Positions 49,201-59,223 of a DNA stretch of 64,000 nucleotides are shown piece after piece. Under the pieces are notes generated by a model. That model did not search any database. It saw nothing but the letters and a program-made list of their open reading frames with translations, and was not told the origin of the DNA. A program made the translations under genes and the position numbers. The first letter of the stretch is position 1. The number at the start of each line of letters is the position of its first letter. Source of the stretch: Botryllus schlosseri (taxonomy: Eukaryota); the NCBI GenBank assembly GCA_051294905.1, contig CM119371.1:2234001-2298000 (forward strand). The letters run 5' to 3'.

Positions 49201-52200
49201 TTAGGAATCGGTACCACCGACTCTCATCCCTATAGTTTTGACAAATTGGTTGTTGAGGTCGACCAGCCTATGAAATCTCGCCACTGTTTCTGGCACATGT
49301 ACGATATCATCAACGAAATGCTTGGTTTGTTTTAAATAAGCATCTACATGTCCTCACTATATAATCGAATACCAATATTGCGTTTTGGTTTATAACCCCA
49401 ATTTTATATAGTGCGGCCCGCGAATGGATTCAGATGTTGAATGCGGCCCGCGAGCTCAAAGGTTTTCCCACCCCTGGTTTAGAGCCACGGTCTTTTACTA
49501 ATCCATTCAAACGGCTTCAATCAATTCTAGGAATACGCCGTACTCTATAATTGAGATTACGATTTGATTTCAGTAAATGATTGCGGATTTTATTCACTTT
49601 CAATTTCATTTTTGCGACCGAGGCGGCCACAGTAGGATCAACTCAAATTTGTAATTGAGCTGCATGTAATTATTAATATTTTTCCATATTACAATAATTG
49701 TCATTGTAGCATTTTTATTCTGTGTAATTGTAATTGTAATTTGATGAAAAATTTACTGATTACAATTTCAATTGCATTGTTATTGAAACCCTACAATCAC
49801 AATATAAAATAATTATCCCATTAACATGGGTGTTCTATGCGTACCTCGTTAACTAATTCAGCCATACTAAACTGTTTCTCATAGGCCAACTTCAGCTCCA
49901 ACAGAAAACTTGGTGAATTACAATATAAGTTGTTGAACAAAATCTTACAATTTCATAAATGGACGAAAAGCAAATAAACTCTTCTGTAACCTGTGCTGAA
50001 CCATTTCCTACACCACGATCAGTGTTTTTTTTTTAAATCTCTTTCCAGTACTGAGGCATACTGCAGCAATTGCAAAAAGAAATTCAAGTTTTCAACTAAG
50101 ACTTCATCACGCTAGATCACACATTTGTAGAGATGTTATCCCAATCTTACCTCCTACCTTAGCTTAATTTACTGGGGCCAGAACCTTTCCGCATCCTAAT
50201 GTTCATCAAATGCAGTCGAACAGTTTTGAGCAAGTGAAAATGTAACTGTGAACCAAAATTTTGTAATTGGTAGTTATCAGGAGCTTTTTTATTTTTGCAT
50301 TTATTTTAATTTTACACACCTTATCGGCATCATCCTTATTGCCTTACCGTCAATTACATTTCATTCACCTTACTCAGCTCTGAGTATTCGCTTGAGTACA
50401 TTTCATTGACTTGTCTTGTATCCTATTCGCTATTAGTCGTTGCCAGTCGCTCGAACTTATTAGTCGCTTATAAAAAAAAATTATTTTTTGTATTTTTCAG
50501 AGCTCATGATTAGGAATAGTTTAAATACGTTTTTTTTTCTAATTAAAGGGTATTCTACGTAGTACGAATCATGAATGAAACATGAATAGCTTGAGATTGT
50601 TGCTAAATACGTCCCTACAGTTGTCAAACAGCACTTCTCTACCGAATCAGTCAAACTTTTACCAGTAATTGTAATTATAATTGTACTTACATGTTTAGCA
50701 GTAATTGTAATTGTAGTCAGGGTTCTAAAGACTCGAGTCCCGATTTTCTGATGACTCGACTTGACTCGAGTCATTTTTGCAAAATTCCGAAATGACTCGA
50801 CTCAATCTGTGTATTGATTCGACTTGGACTCGAGTCATTACGCATGACTCGAGCCAAGTCATATGACTCGAGACTCGCCAAGCAAAGACCGACATTTCAT
50901 TGTAATTTCAAAGCACAGTAAAGTGACCACACTATTTGGATTTCGCCTATTGGTACTGGTACTTGAAAATGCGATCAAAAACTGCTACAAGTGAGGAAAT
51001 TTAATATATTATGAATGCGAACCATTTGATATCAACTAACTGGGATACCGACAAGATAGCGTAATGTTTAAGCGTCCGGCTTCTTGATCGGTTGGTCGTG
51101 GGTTCGAATCCGTGCCGGGTCAGACTAAAGACCTGATTAGTAACATAGGTATCCATGGCTTCCCTGCTTGGCGCTCATGCATTACTGGGATAGCATGGAG
51201 GGGTGGTGCATGACTTAGAAAGCCGTAAAGGCTATATCTGCACTTCCTTGTCCAGCGGCATATGCACATCATGCACTCATGGTATGCATATGCGCAGATT
51301 GTGTGTATGTGTATCATGAGTTGGTGTATATGCCGCAAAAAACATCAAGGACAAAAATAAACTACGTCTTTTTTTCCTTATAATAAGTGGGTTACCAAGA
51401 ATTTAACCGGAAGCTGAGAAGTCAACACAATGACTTGGACTTGAGCCATAATGCCATGACTCGGACCCCACCCTTTGATCACTCACTTGGACTCGGTCGT
51501 GAGTTGAAAATTACTCGACTTGACTCGAGGCAAAACTATGAAAATGAAATGACCCTTTTACTCGGAGATCCTTTGTGACTAGGTTACAACTCTAATTGTA
51601 GTTGTTATTTGATATTTGTAGCATAGAGTAATTGTAATCATAATGAAATTAAAACATGAAATAGAGTAATTGCAATTGAAATTGAAGTGAATTAATGCAA
51701 TTGATCCAACTCTGGGGGTGGCCCTATATTTAAATTAATACAAAGTGTACAAAATTGCGCGTAGCGCCAAGAAAAAATTTCAGTAGCATAAATCTGCTAT
51801 TATTGTTTATGTTTATTTGGAAAAAGATTTTCAGCGTACTTCAAGCCTTCAAAATTATGGACTTTGAGGCATATAATAAAATTTCCTTCCAGACACAACG
51901 TGCACAGTAAAATTCCGAACATGCCCCGGAAAATCCAGACGTATGGCAATCCTAATAACTTGAGAATTTCGGACAATCATCCGTGCGCGCAAGAGGAATG
52001 CTATTGTGATGCAACGATGCGTTCGGAAAATACACACACCGCACTGCGATGATCTAAATCAGCGGTGTCGAAGAAAACGAATGTTGAGTAATATTGATGT
52101 GCCAAATTACACCCACTCTAGTGGCAAAATGTGCGCACTGAGTTTACAGGTTTATGTAAAAATGCATCGCAAAGTAGTTCTACATAGAAGGGAAAAATAT

Positions 52201-55200
52201 AGTTCCGATATCTGTTTCGCAGTGCTATGTCAGTTTGGGGTCAAACGGTCCCTGGTCCCCAAACCAAATTCCAACGTCTTCGTTTAGCCTAGCAGTGGTT
52301 CCCAACCTTTTTCGACCCATCGATCTCTTTTCAAGCTCAACACCGATCATCGCCCCCCAAATTTTGTGTACCAAAAAATTGCCATACAAACTGTAATCAC
52401 CGGCGGGTTGACTGCAGTAATAAAAAAAAGAGGTCAACTTTTTAGCTCGATGTCGAATTTGACAATTTTGCTGCTTCATAACAAAGTAGTACATTGGAAA
52501 AATAGGGCATTGGATTTGAGGTAACATTTTGGAAGAATTTGACTGGTCCAGCCAACGAGCTACCTGTAGGTTTGAATCCAGCCTGCGACGCCAGTTGAGT
52601 TTGACCACTCTGATTTCAATCCTACTCTCATATCAAGACTCCAGCATTAAATAGGAAATATGTCTGAAGATGGGAAAACTAGTATCCGATGCACGATGCG
52701 ATTTTAGTTGACGAATAGGCTAACCTGCTTTTTTCTCCTGTGACCTATATAGTCCACCGCTGGCATACACTCTAATTATAGTGGACGGCCTTGAATTCGC
52801 ATGTTGATTATACGGTCCTTAGACATGGCACCCGCTCGAGCCGGACATGCGACTTTAATAGCCTATACCTACCGAGCGACATATCAATTCTAGTGTGTTA
52901 TGCTTGAACTCACTTGTATCCCTTTTTCCAGACTCCCGGCAATGATCGCCAAAAGATCATCATTAATGTTGCAGTTGTGTAAATTCAAGCAATCCAGACT
53001 TTCACTCTTTACTGCAAGCGATCCGACGATATGAGCCTCATCGCGACTCAGTGAGATCTTGGATGCATCGATATCGGAAATTCGTCTCATAAGAGCGTCG
53101 TCTCCTGATTCATAGATTGCTGTATACAGTTCCATGCGAGCTTGCTTGTCCTCCTTGCTCTTGAGTTGCGAACGTATCGATCCACCAAGAATTTGTTTTT
53201 TCAGCGACTGATTTGAGACTGTCAATCAAATAATGCACCTCACTATATCATATTACAATCGAGTAAAGAGATATAACAGTTTTCACAGAGGCACATCCAA
53301 GTGGTATAAGGGAAGGCATATTTGCTCACAAATGTACGCCTGTTTTCACAACGACATAATGAATCCATGAAGTATGTCATTGTTGTAAGATATAGAACCT
53401 AATGTTGTACCGTTCAAATTTCCAATTGCCTGTCACAGATCTTTCGGCTGCCTATGCGACTTTATGTACGCAGTCCGACAGAAAATGAAACAGTTCTGAT
53501 TGGATTGATCTCTTACTGCATTGTGACAATAGTGCGACAGAGCATAAATGCAATAAGCTCGTTTCATACGTGCCCACCATACTGTCAAGCGTTAGAAATT
53601 GATTTTCTACATTTAAATCCATCGAAATTGCAACTTCGCAAAATTTATAATTATAACCACTATCGAATGTAAACATAGAATGGCCACGAACAAATGGCTA
53701 ATTATGTCGAGCGATTGTTCGGAACAATGAACGGTCACGCTTAGTAACCCGGACTCAAAGCCTAAGACTTGGCTAACATTTAAATTACTCCGATACTTGA
53801 AATATGACAAGACCAAACTCGCTCTTAGAGACGGATAATTCACAGCCTTGTGTTTAATGGGAGTTTTCTTATGTATTCATATCTTATCATAAGATTTTGC
53901 AAGTAGCTTGTAATCGTCTTTCGTCGTTATGTAGCTGGCAAATGGATGACGGCAATCCAGGATGCGATGTGGCGGGGGAGATAATGTAGTGGTTTATCTG
54001 GGGTCCTCTTCCCCTGCCGTTGCCGTTCTTACGGTGACAAAAAAGCGCAGAAAAAGACCCGACGAAGAAAGCACTCACAAGGAATGGAAAGAACTAATAG
54101 AAAGGGCCGCGGCATCCAAAAAAAACATCGAAAAGAACTGACATCGGGCACTCTAGGCCGAGGAGGATGTTAGAGTAAAGGCTCGTTACTGATGCGTGTC
54201 GCTCGACATCCTCCTATCTGTTCATGATATCGCATTATGTCTTATCACATTGTGTGTGACTAGATCAGATGAAGAATATAACCCAACGATGCTATGTTAT
54301 CTAACCATTAGGCCTATCAGTGCTGTCGGGGGGAAATGTCAGGCATCAATGTCAGTTTGTTAAAAGAGATATGTAGTATACTGCTAATCGTTACTGATGC
54401 GTGTCGCTCGACATCCTCCTATCTGTTCATGATACCGCAATATGTCTTATCACATTGTGTGTGACTAGATCAGATGAAGAATATAACCCAACGATACTTT
54501 GTTATCCAACCATTAGGCCTATCAGTGCTGTCGGGGGGAAATGTCAGGCATCAATGTCAGTTTGATAAAAGAGATATGTAGTATACTGCTAAAAAAATAG
54601 GAAGATCTGGCATAGTGTCAGTGAAAATATCACTGTAATATAATTCTGTTTTGTGGGTTTCGCAATTTAGAAATGACCAATACGCTTTACTGCATCCTAT
54701 CCGCCCTGAAATTGAAGCGATAATGTTCTCAGTAAACGTATTCATGAATTAAATATCATACTACTGCAGTGAATCAAGCGAATGCATCGGGATAAATATA
54801 GCCTACTACGGTAACATACGTTTCATACCTCTTTGTTTTACAGCTTCCAGGGTCTTGAAAGTAGCGGGAATACGATCATGAAAAACTATATTCTCCGACG
54901 AGACTCACCTTCATAAAGATTATCCGGTGTTTCATCATAAATGAGGCCGCACACGAATCTGCGGACGACCGACCATCGCTCTTTGTGCAAGTGTATAGAG
55001 TTGAAGCTAATGAACTTTGTAAGCGTCATTTTGACAATAAATCCCGCTGCGAGGAATTCCTGGAGACTTTGATGGCAGAAGAAGAAAATGAAACTGCCAT
55101 CCAACACTTTACAACTAAGGAGCTTATTTCCTGGAACCTTCATCATGAGATCTCGAACTTCTTCTTTTGAAAGTCCAAACTTATTCAAATGATTTTCTGA

Positions 55201-56379
55201 GAATGTCACTCTCCCTTCTTTCATGCCACGATATGCCATCCCTTTCAATTTATTGATGACTCCGGCGATAGCATCAGCTTGAGTAATATTGTTCACGCTG
55301 CTTAGATTGGATATAATTTTTTTGTACAGTCCTGTGACCGTCTTAGGGGGAGGTTTGTCCGGATTCTTGGCCATGATCACTGCGGTTAAGACCAGAAAAA
55401 CGGGAATGGAAACTAAATTGATCAGCCTTGGTGACATCGTTTCTATCTTCTTCCATGCTTCATCCCCATGTCGACGTAACAAAAGCACAAAAAGTGTCTT
55501 TGCGTCATCCAGAGTCAAACCAGAAAGTGTGATGATGTCGGCGGGTCGGGCTTTCACCGGTAAATCCGAGACTTGGAATTCTCGGGAAGAGAAGACAATC
55601 TTTGTATCAGCGAGTATATTACGTGAGAGGATGTTGTACATGATCGTTTTTGCTTTGGCTTTACTATAAGGATTTATGTCCTCGTCACCATCTCTGTTGA
55701 TTTTCCAAGTAGCCTGATCCAAGCCGTCGAAAAATAAAACTGCTTCTGATTGATGTTCGAGCAACCACCAATACGCATTATCCTCGTCGATCTCGTTCTG
55801 AAAGAGGCCATCGAAAAGAAATTTAGATGGTTTGATGAGTCCTTTATGTTGCATGCCTTTTATTTCTATATAACGTATCAATTTGTACTTGAGCTGAGAA
55901 GGGCTTGCAATGGTTTCTGTATTCGTAAGTGAATCGCCTACAGCTTTTCTAGCGATTCTACGCATGAGAGTGGTTTTCCCAGATCCCGCAGACGCCACAA
56001 TGGCGGTGATAGAACTTTTCTCGTTGATGAATTGTTCCAAAACTTTATCTAGCTCGATGAATTTGTTGTCGTCAACGTTTTGTCGTAGGAATCCAAACTC
56101 TTTTCTGAACTCATTTTTCACCACCTCTTCCTTTTTCCAGAAGAATAATTTTCTTTTCACTGCGACTTCCATTCCGTGCACCTCTTCATAATTGCCTTTG
56201 AAATATTCCGACTTAGTAACCCATCTCATCTGGGGATGTACTTGGAAATCAGGCTTGCTGAGGTCGTCGGCGCCGATGTCTTCGAGAATTTTGTCCGCCG
56301 TTTTTTGGTATGCATTGTCGTTTATGCATTTTATCAGGGCTGAAGCTTTTTCTGGAAGGTAACAATATTCTTTCTTCAT
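25015..56379 (-). CDS. NLR-like gene (NACHT NTPase, divergent LRR region, C-terminal CaaX); predicted exons 56351(or ATG 56379)-54909, 53218-52914, 47481-47377, 45642-45541, 44536-44390, 40484-40383, 39286-39188, 38291-38145, 29507-29430, 29297-29130, 25242-25015
   Basis: Every junction is GT-AG and phase-compatible (phase 1 after the NACHT exon, then all phase 0), giving one stop-free frame; several exons begin with an LRR-like beta-strand. 5' exons not identified; additional internal exons cannot be excluded. Confidence 0.7.
27525..28018 (-). mobile_element. Non-autonomous hAT element
   Basis: TIR TAGAGGTCGACCGAT, exact 8-bp TSD GTTCATAG on both sides; minus-strand remnant EHAEKICFLHYNL resembles a hAT transposase C-terminus. 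Confidence 0.9.
29130..29297 (-). CDS. NLR-like gene exon (phase 0-0, 168 nt)
   Basis: cattttag|LDFVDIAVNGQIPVDDYKLILERG...EACQQKK|gtagta. Confidence 0.65.
29430..29507 (-). CDS. NLR-like gene exon (phase 0-0, 78 nt)
   Basis: tgtgttcag|ISKIVLDCTEENIDWSMIETCWKKYQ|gtacga. Confidence 0.6.
29982..30844 (+). mobile_element. Deleted hAT element retaining a dimerisation-domain remnant
   Basis: TIR TAGGGCAATTTTTTTTTGAC, exact 8-bp TSD CTGATCAC; internal QPTNAAVERSFSVLGKLRSKDR; GGTCAAAA subterminal repeats. Confidence 0.9.
32059..35409 (-). CDS. LINE ORF2: APE endonuclease, reverse transcriptase, Cys/His finger
   Basis: ISLNANGL, VQETH, NVYGP, GDFN, RVDRIY, ADH; KTPGPDG, NWRPITLLN, DQQKAFD, GIRQGCPLS, QYADD; CKFC...HILLEC; 1116 aa uninterrupted. 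Confidence 0.95.
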   Translation of the reverse strand: MALNIISLNANGLNAHWYKLKRYLTLEKNWDVLCVQETHRAYINKISKWAKQNQMIYYPNHIDIDANWIDKEEKKKLYFKGTGIFVKKKLENQYDIKGRIIREHRIQTIILTDKQTGQSTHVLNVYGPPDVGKVQTDIFRQLTEELSTNPSNNVVCGDFNIIQDPIDAKYNANFKMMPAAKIWKRYCETYKLRDVWRWRNPHKRLYTTIKAKQSRRVDRIYVSEDLLARVQKCVYKLNTIADHTFLQTINLRKPGQIKWGKGHWKNDVRDYADNKLQEEIKRIHKRCDQNKSKFDDIYQWWDHFKNQVRAHLIKHRAQKRIAEENNIKRLQRRILDIQNKDNNDERAYHLIQDLKNLEDDNTRHLCKIFKLQDMEENERPTKYFFQKIQQRKESKNISAVQNDQGQNLTTEPEILREVGDYYQGLWGKSKTENTELQDEYIRVIQDQKITEEQKEDLNCQIEEIEILNTLKGMHSDKTPGPDGLSKEFYLTFWNTIKSDMHALLNNAYLFGGLCETWKAGATTLIYKKGRPELLKNWRPITLLNCDYKILTGVLANRIRPILPDLILETQKCAVKGRQITDALRNIQAAIDSANEKKKELYIVNLDQQKAFDMIHHRFLYEILRTYELPTHLVRLIQNIYNTAKSKIIVNGALTDEIQIERGIRQGCPLSMILYAISCDPIARKIQLDEAIKGHHIGKIEIKLQQYADDMTCLVRSEGDVKRILREFSKYERATGQKLNEAKTEILHINPGKEHKYQKSDLENLKQSEIKILGQYYGENQTQRTWEEKLAKIRRTLYGYRDRNLTWLGKKNILNSLASTQIIYNARIIPMPKEAQHEATKLYFNFLWHPEKIETIARKTLIARKESGGIAVPDVESRVKACQTEQLLALKLLDKPIEPWHQQAIYELGTKVKKINPKLYKNTEPHKFHTPQKWVEQLEVVEKLKMTEEDWDTATHTTLYKSIKNLKERPTQIRSEKGGEIKWSKIMASKFGGKNIIKNEERTINYKVAHNAYIFGDGRRQKNMLRDKTGKLLNLKCKFCQKCTDNLVHILLECDYAKAIIWNLEHVTEKKLTKDSIFYNLETSKLDWMIISIFKKSMIKLKKYTQNLYTIPSKVSS
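35455..36708 (-). CDS. LINE ORF1, gag-like with two CCHC zinc knuckles
   Basis: CFRCLQIGHTAKNC and CFACKQYGHVKEHC preceded by NGFRQV, followed by an acidic low-complexity tail; typical of Tx1-type ORF1. Confidence 0.92.
   Translation of the reverse strand: MAYANAVNHSQAATNTERIIYGHRPRSLDIITPHGTKTSEVLDAIIKHPELKLYREYIFSIYQIGWNTYNLTLYKDSPIDILIPTLLEIGAKGIPSVHGNLLIEKPRPPTARISIRAVPSEVEQQEVVDKLRLYKCGNIVAIRMIYHSGTRIHNGFRQVDIEDYIPGQIPAFVTLGEAPCKVFHPPGEDHTKCFRCLQIGHTAKNCPNQTACFACKQYGHVKEHCPQHNAVKELETGENSAETSGETTIVQMQEDTERNNEDKQEQEVIDKTETLSQQLEGAHSSPARSPEVGLQHEQTNETQRDQSDKQEDIREKINEGMLESDSSVAEETESEPEDLFQIVNEQTATKQDKPKGSAYTGEQCKIFEKPTMVMTGRELVHLTCSPIKRKLHERSPQEAKPGNRIKKRSANPEKPKK
38145..38291 (-). CDS. 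NLR-like gene exon, module A exon 3 (147 nt)
   Basis: tttattttcacag|DSSLSFKTVSAVALKYVGDLFDATFVKLIEKLVAQEVGLRKISEYRIEK|gttggt. Confidence 0.6.
39188..39286 (-). CDS. NLR-like gene exon, module A exon 2 (99 nt)
   Basis: atattcag|VVKLSVDGRNVELKNEEDVIKISGGMEGHFDIK|gttgga; differs from its paralogue by several synonymous changes and a 3-nt indel. Confidence 0.7.
40383..40484 (-). CDS. NLR-like gene exon, module A exon 1, LRR (102 nt)
   Basis: cgttccag|LKEVDLRGNVSATALRSLLGHRRIGSLSGKLDWE|gtgaga; LxxLxLxxN LRR motif. Confidence 0.75.
41035..41514 (-). mobile_element. Shorter inverted relative of the 29982-30844 hAT element
   Basis: TAGGGAGATTTTTT...AAAAAATCGCCCTA termini; about 41180-41430 matches the reverse complement of about 30060-30345. 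Confidence 0.8.
44390..44536 (-). CDS. NLR-like gene exon, module B exon 3 (147 nt)
   Basis: Identical in sequence and splice sites to 38145-38291. Confidence 0.6.
45541..45642 (-). CDS. NLR-like gene exon, module B exon 2 (102 nt)
   Basis: atattcag|VVNLTVDGGDVELKNEKDVIKISGDGIEGHLDFK|gttgga. Confidence 0.7.
47377..47481 (-). CDS. NLR-like gene exon, module B exon 1, LRR (105 nt)
   Basis: catcattcag|VKKVDLRRNNFSAKALRSLLGHLRIESLSRKLDWE|gtgaga. Confidence 0.75.
50718..51594. mobile_element. hAT-type MITE with GACTCGAGTC subterminal arrays
   Basis: CAGGGTTCTA...TACAACTCTA termini with exact 8-bp TSD ATTGTAGT (50710-50717, 51595-51602); related arrays at about 9780-10400, 15490-15740, 17160-17345, 17605-19960 and 42790-42983. 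Confidence 0.85.
51047..51360 (+). mobile_element. tRNA-derived SINE with a Meta-like central domain
   Basis: A-box-like TAGCGTAATGT, B box GGTTCGAATCC (51101-51111), then AAAGAC...GGTATCCATGGCTTCCCTGCTTGGCGCTCATGCATTA, resembling the MetaSINE core as I recall it; 3' end approximate. Confidence 0.8.
52914..53218 (-). CDS. NLR-like gene exon (end of HD2 and first LRR; phase 1-0, 305 nt)
   Basis: ttgattgacag|(V)SNQSLKKQ...MELYTAIYESGD...SLDCLNLHNCNINDDLLAIIAGSLEKGIQ|gtgagt; RI-like LRR. Confidence 0.85.
54183..54591. repeat. Two-copy tandem repeat, unit about 205 bp
   Basis: 54183-54387 and 54388-54591 differ by only a few bases; part of the unit also occurs inverted at about 8600-8685. Confidence 0.9.
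54909..56379 (-). CDS. NACHT-domain exon of the NLR-like gene
   Basis: Walker A IVASAGSGKTT, Walker B VLFFDGLDQ, sensor-1 VFSSRE, ITLSGL, SIPVF, winged-helix FCHQSLQEFLAA, HD2 RWSVVRRFVCGL; donor G|gtgagt at 54909; probable acceptor ttaccttccag at 56351. Confidence 0.93.
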
Positions 56380-56950
56380 AATATTTTATGAATAGAAATG
56401 ATCGGACAAAAGCTATTACCTTTGTTTGGTAATATTTTATATAACCTAGAGCCCAGGTATTAAAGAAAGATGTGGAGATATAGGCTATATTGTGAATATT
56501 GCAGAATTCAGTTCGGTAAGCCCGGTACCCTAAATTTACCAAGATATCAATTCATTAGGGTTGAGTACAGCATCGTAAATGCCGATAATGCAAGTCTATT
56601 CGTTTGTACGAACTTACGCGTAAGCTCCTCTCTCGCACCCATTCTCGGTATTGGTATAAAACCCCGCGGCCCTAGTCTGCCGAGATTCCCCACTACTTGC
56701 TCACTACGTCAAATTTTAGTGGCTGTTTGTTATTATCTGCGTGTGCGCAGCGTGCGAGAGTGGAGCTTACGCGTAAATAGAAGCGAGAAGACTTCCATTA
56801 TCGGCATTTACGGTTCTATACCATTACCGGTACCGAGAACGGCCAATGCCAGGAATCTAACATACTGAGAAGGCGTTGTCGAGAATTTATATCTGAGAAT
56901 GGACACCGAATTTGGCAAAGCCGTCATGCACATGCACATGACCTGTATAT

Positions 56951-57370
56951 TAGGATCTTCAAAAATGACTATTTTTTTCTCAAATTGTACTGGCTACTTG
57001 ATAAAATTGTTAGGTTGCCTAATTTAAGCCTACACACCAAATTCGGTTCAATTCCAGCCAGTAGTCGCTTTGCTATAGGAGAAAAAAGTTTATATTTAAT
57101 ATAAAAAAATGAATATTTAAAAAATTGAAAATTTTCTGTTCACCCCATGAAAGTGTTAGGCCGTCTATAGAAACGATGTTCACCAAATTTGGTTCAATTT
57201 CAACCAGTGGAAGCGAAGTAATTGTCGACGAAAAATTTGGATTTGAATAAAATACCGTAGTATTTACGGTGGGCGCCACTATAATAAATAATTAAATTGG
57301 GTACCCTAACAATTTTATCAAGTAGCCAGTAGTACGATTTGAGAAAAAAAGTCACTTTTGAAGACCCCTA
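56951..57370. mobile_element. MITE of the TAGGG-terminus family with an 8-bp TSD (hAT-like)
   Basis: TAGGATCTTCAAAAATGAC...GTCACTTTTGAAGACCCCTA; flanks CTGTATAT and CTGTTTAT (7 of 8 match). Confidence 0.8.
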
Positions 57371-59223
57371 CTGTTTATATGCATAACATGCCTGCATTGC
57401 ATACTTTGCATTCTCGGTAACGGTTTCATCGGTATTGACAGGACACCGGCCAGCGGGCCACATTATCAACCAAGACTGGAAACCCGCGGGCCGTATGCTG
57501 CCCGCCTCTGAGCTAGGCCGTCATATAGCTCTTTATGCAAATCGAAGAGAGTAGAACCATACTAGAAATAGTTTACAGCATGTTGTTGAATCACTCCTTG
57601 ACATTATTATGCAATATTTGATGAAAATTGCAGCAAAAATTGGCTACGAAAAAAAGAGGAAAGTTGCAAAAAGTTGCACTATAAAATACCGCCAAACAGT
57701 TTAAAACACCATAGTACTTAGATTATGAGTATTTACAAAGCTTTCGGAAGAGGTAAAAAAGTCGGCATAGTATACTAAACCACAGCTACTCTACTATATT
57801 CGAAAAATTACGGTACTCATTTACTATACATGCACTGTGCCACAGTGGTTCTCAACCTTCTTGATCTCGTGGACCGCTTGAACTTCAAAACAAATGGTTT
57901 GGTTTATTTCCACAAAGCGTTTTGAACTAGGTATTTTATCCCACAGTGAATAGCGTGTCGAAATCGAAGAAAGACGCACTGTACCACTCTAAAAAGTGAG
58001 AGTGAGAGCCACAGCCATTTGTGTATTAAACATGATTAAATAAATATATTTGTATTTGATAGCTGAAAATCAAATCTTCATATTATTTCTCCATCATATT
58101 TAATAAAGGATGTTACTGTTTAGTTTTGTGACCTGCAACCTTGCATGAAGTTTTTATAATATGGGCTGCTTTGATTGGAATTTGGAATACGTTTATGTTA
58201 AATTTATTGGACCAGATAGTATGAGCATAGTGTCCTATATGGTGTGGACACAGCGGAAGTAAAGGGCTCGTTGCATTTTGGTTAGGTCATACTTTCCATT
58301 TGACCAAAGGCAACTTTACGGCCATTTTTTATCGGGTTGATTAGCGCCAAATTCAATAAAACGGGGATCAATTGAAAGCTATTGCTATACTATTTAATTG
58401 TATATTGAAGTTCTGTACCTCCAAGAAGCTCTTCAAATATTGCTATACTGATTCCGAAAATACAAATATCATTCTGTTCATGGCCCTAGAACCCCCATAA
58501 TTAGTCTAGAAATTTGCATTGTTCTCGAGTTTTGTCATTGCGATGCAACAAAACTGGCAGTCTCTTTCTTCTGAGCTTTACTCTCGTTTTGCCAGACGTA
58601 GCGTTAATTAGTCGAGTGCTATTCGGGCACGATTCAAAACTATTTCCAATAGTAAAGTCACATAACCCAAAAATACCAACCGGCCTTTGAACTCTTACCA
58701 CTTGTTTTTACTACTGTCCTAAAATTATGGGGATACCAGACCCAGGCAATTTTCGAAAGGGAGCGCTGCATTGTGAAAAAGGTTATAAGAACAACTGTAC
58801 TATAGCCTCCACCATACTACCATGTGTCACTTTTGTTTAAAAGTATATGAAGCATTCACATGAAATCTGTCCAAAACGAGTTGCGGGCTACTTATGAGTC
58901 GCCTCATATAACACTTAAACGAAAACCTGATAAAAACAACAAATTTGCTATCACAACCGAGTGCAAAAATACGTCCTAAACCCTGAACTATTTTCATCTC
59001 TAAATTAGGATAAATACTTTTAATACATTTGGTGGACCGGCACTGGTCGGCAGTTGAGAACCACTACTGCACAGTACATGTACAATTGTACATTACATGA
59101 TGTACGCTACTGCTCGTGCAGGATGTGTGCTATACATGGGTACTGGATTTTTCTCAGTAACTACATGCCAATTTAAGGGTATGTAATATACATGGGGCGT
59201 AATATACATAGAAAATTACAGTA

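Noticed and set aside
50149..50245. Extra NLR exon between 52914 and 47481 (also 41671-41729)
   Set aside because: The first contains an in-frame stop in phase 0 and the second is not frame-preserving.
51047..51120. Functional tRNA gene
   Set aside because: Pol III boxes are present but there is no convincing cloverleaf or T-run terminator; the sequence continues into a SINE core.
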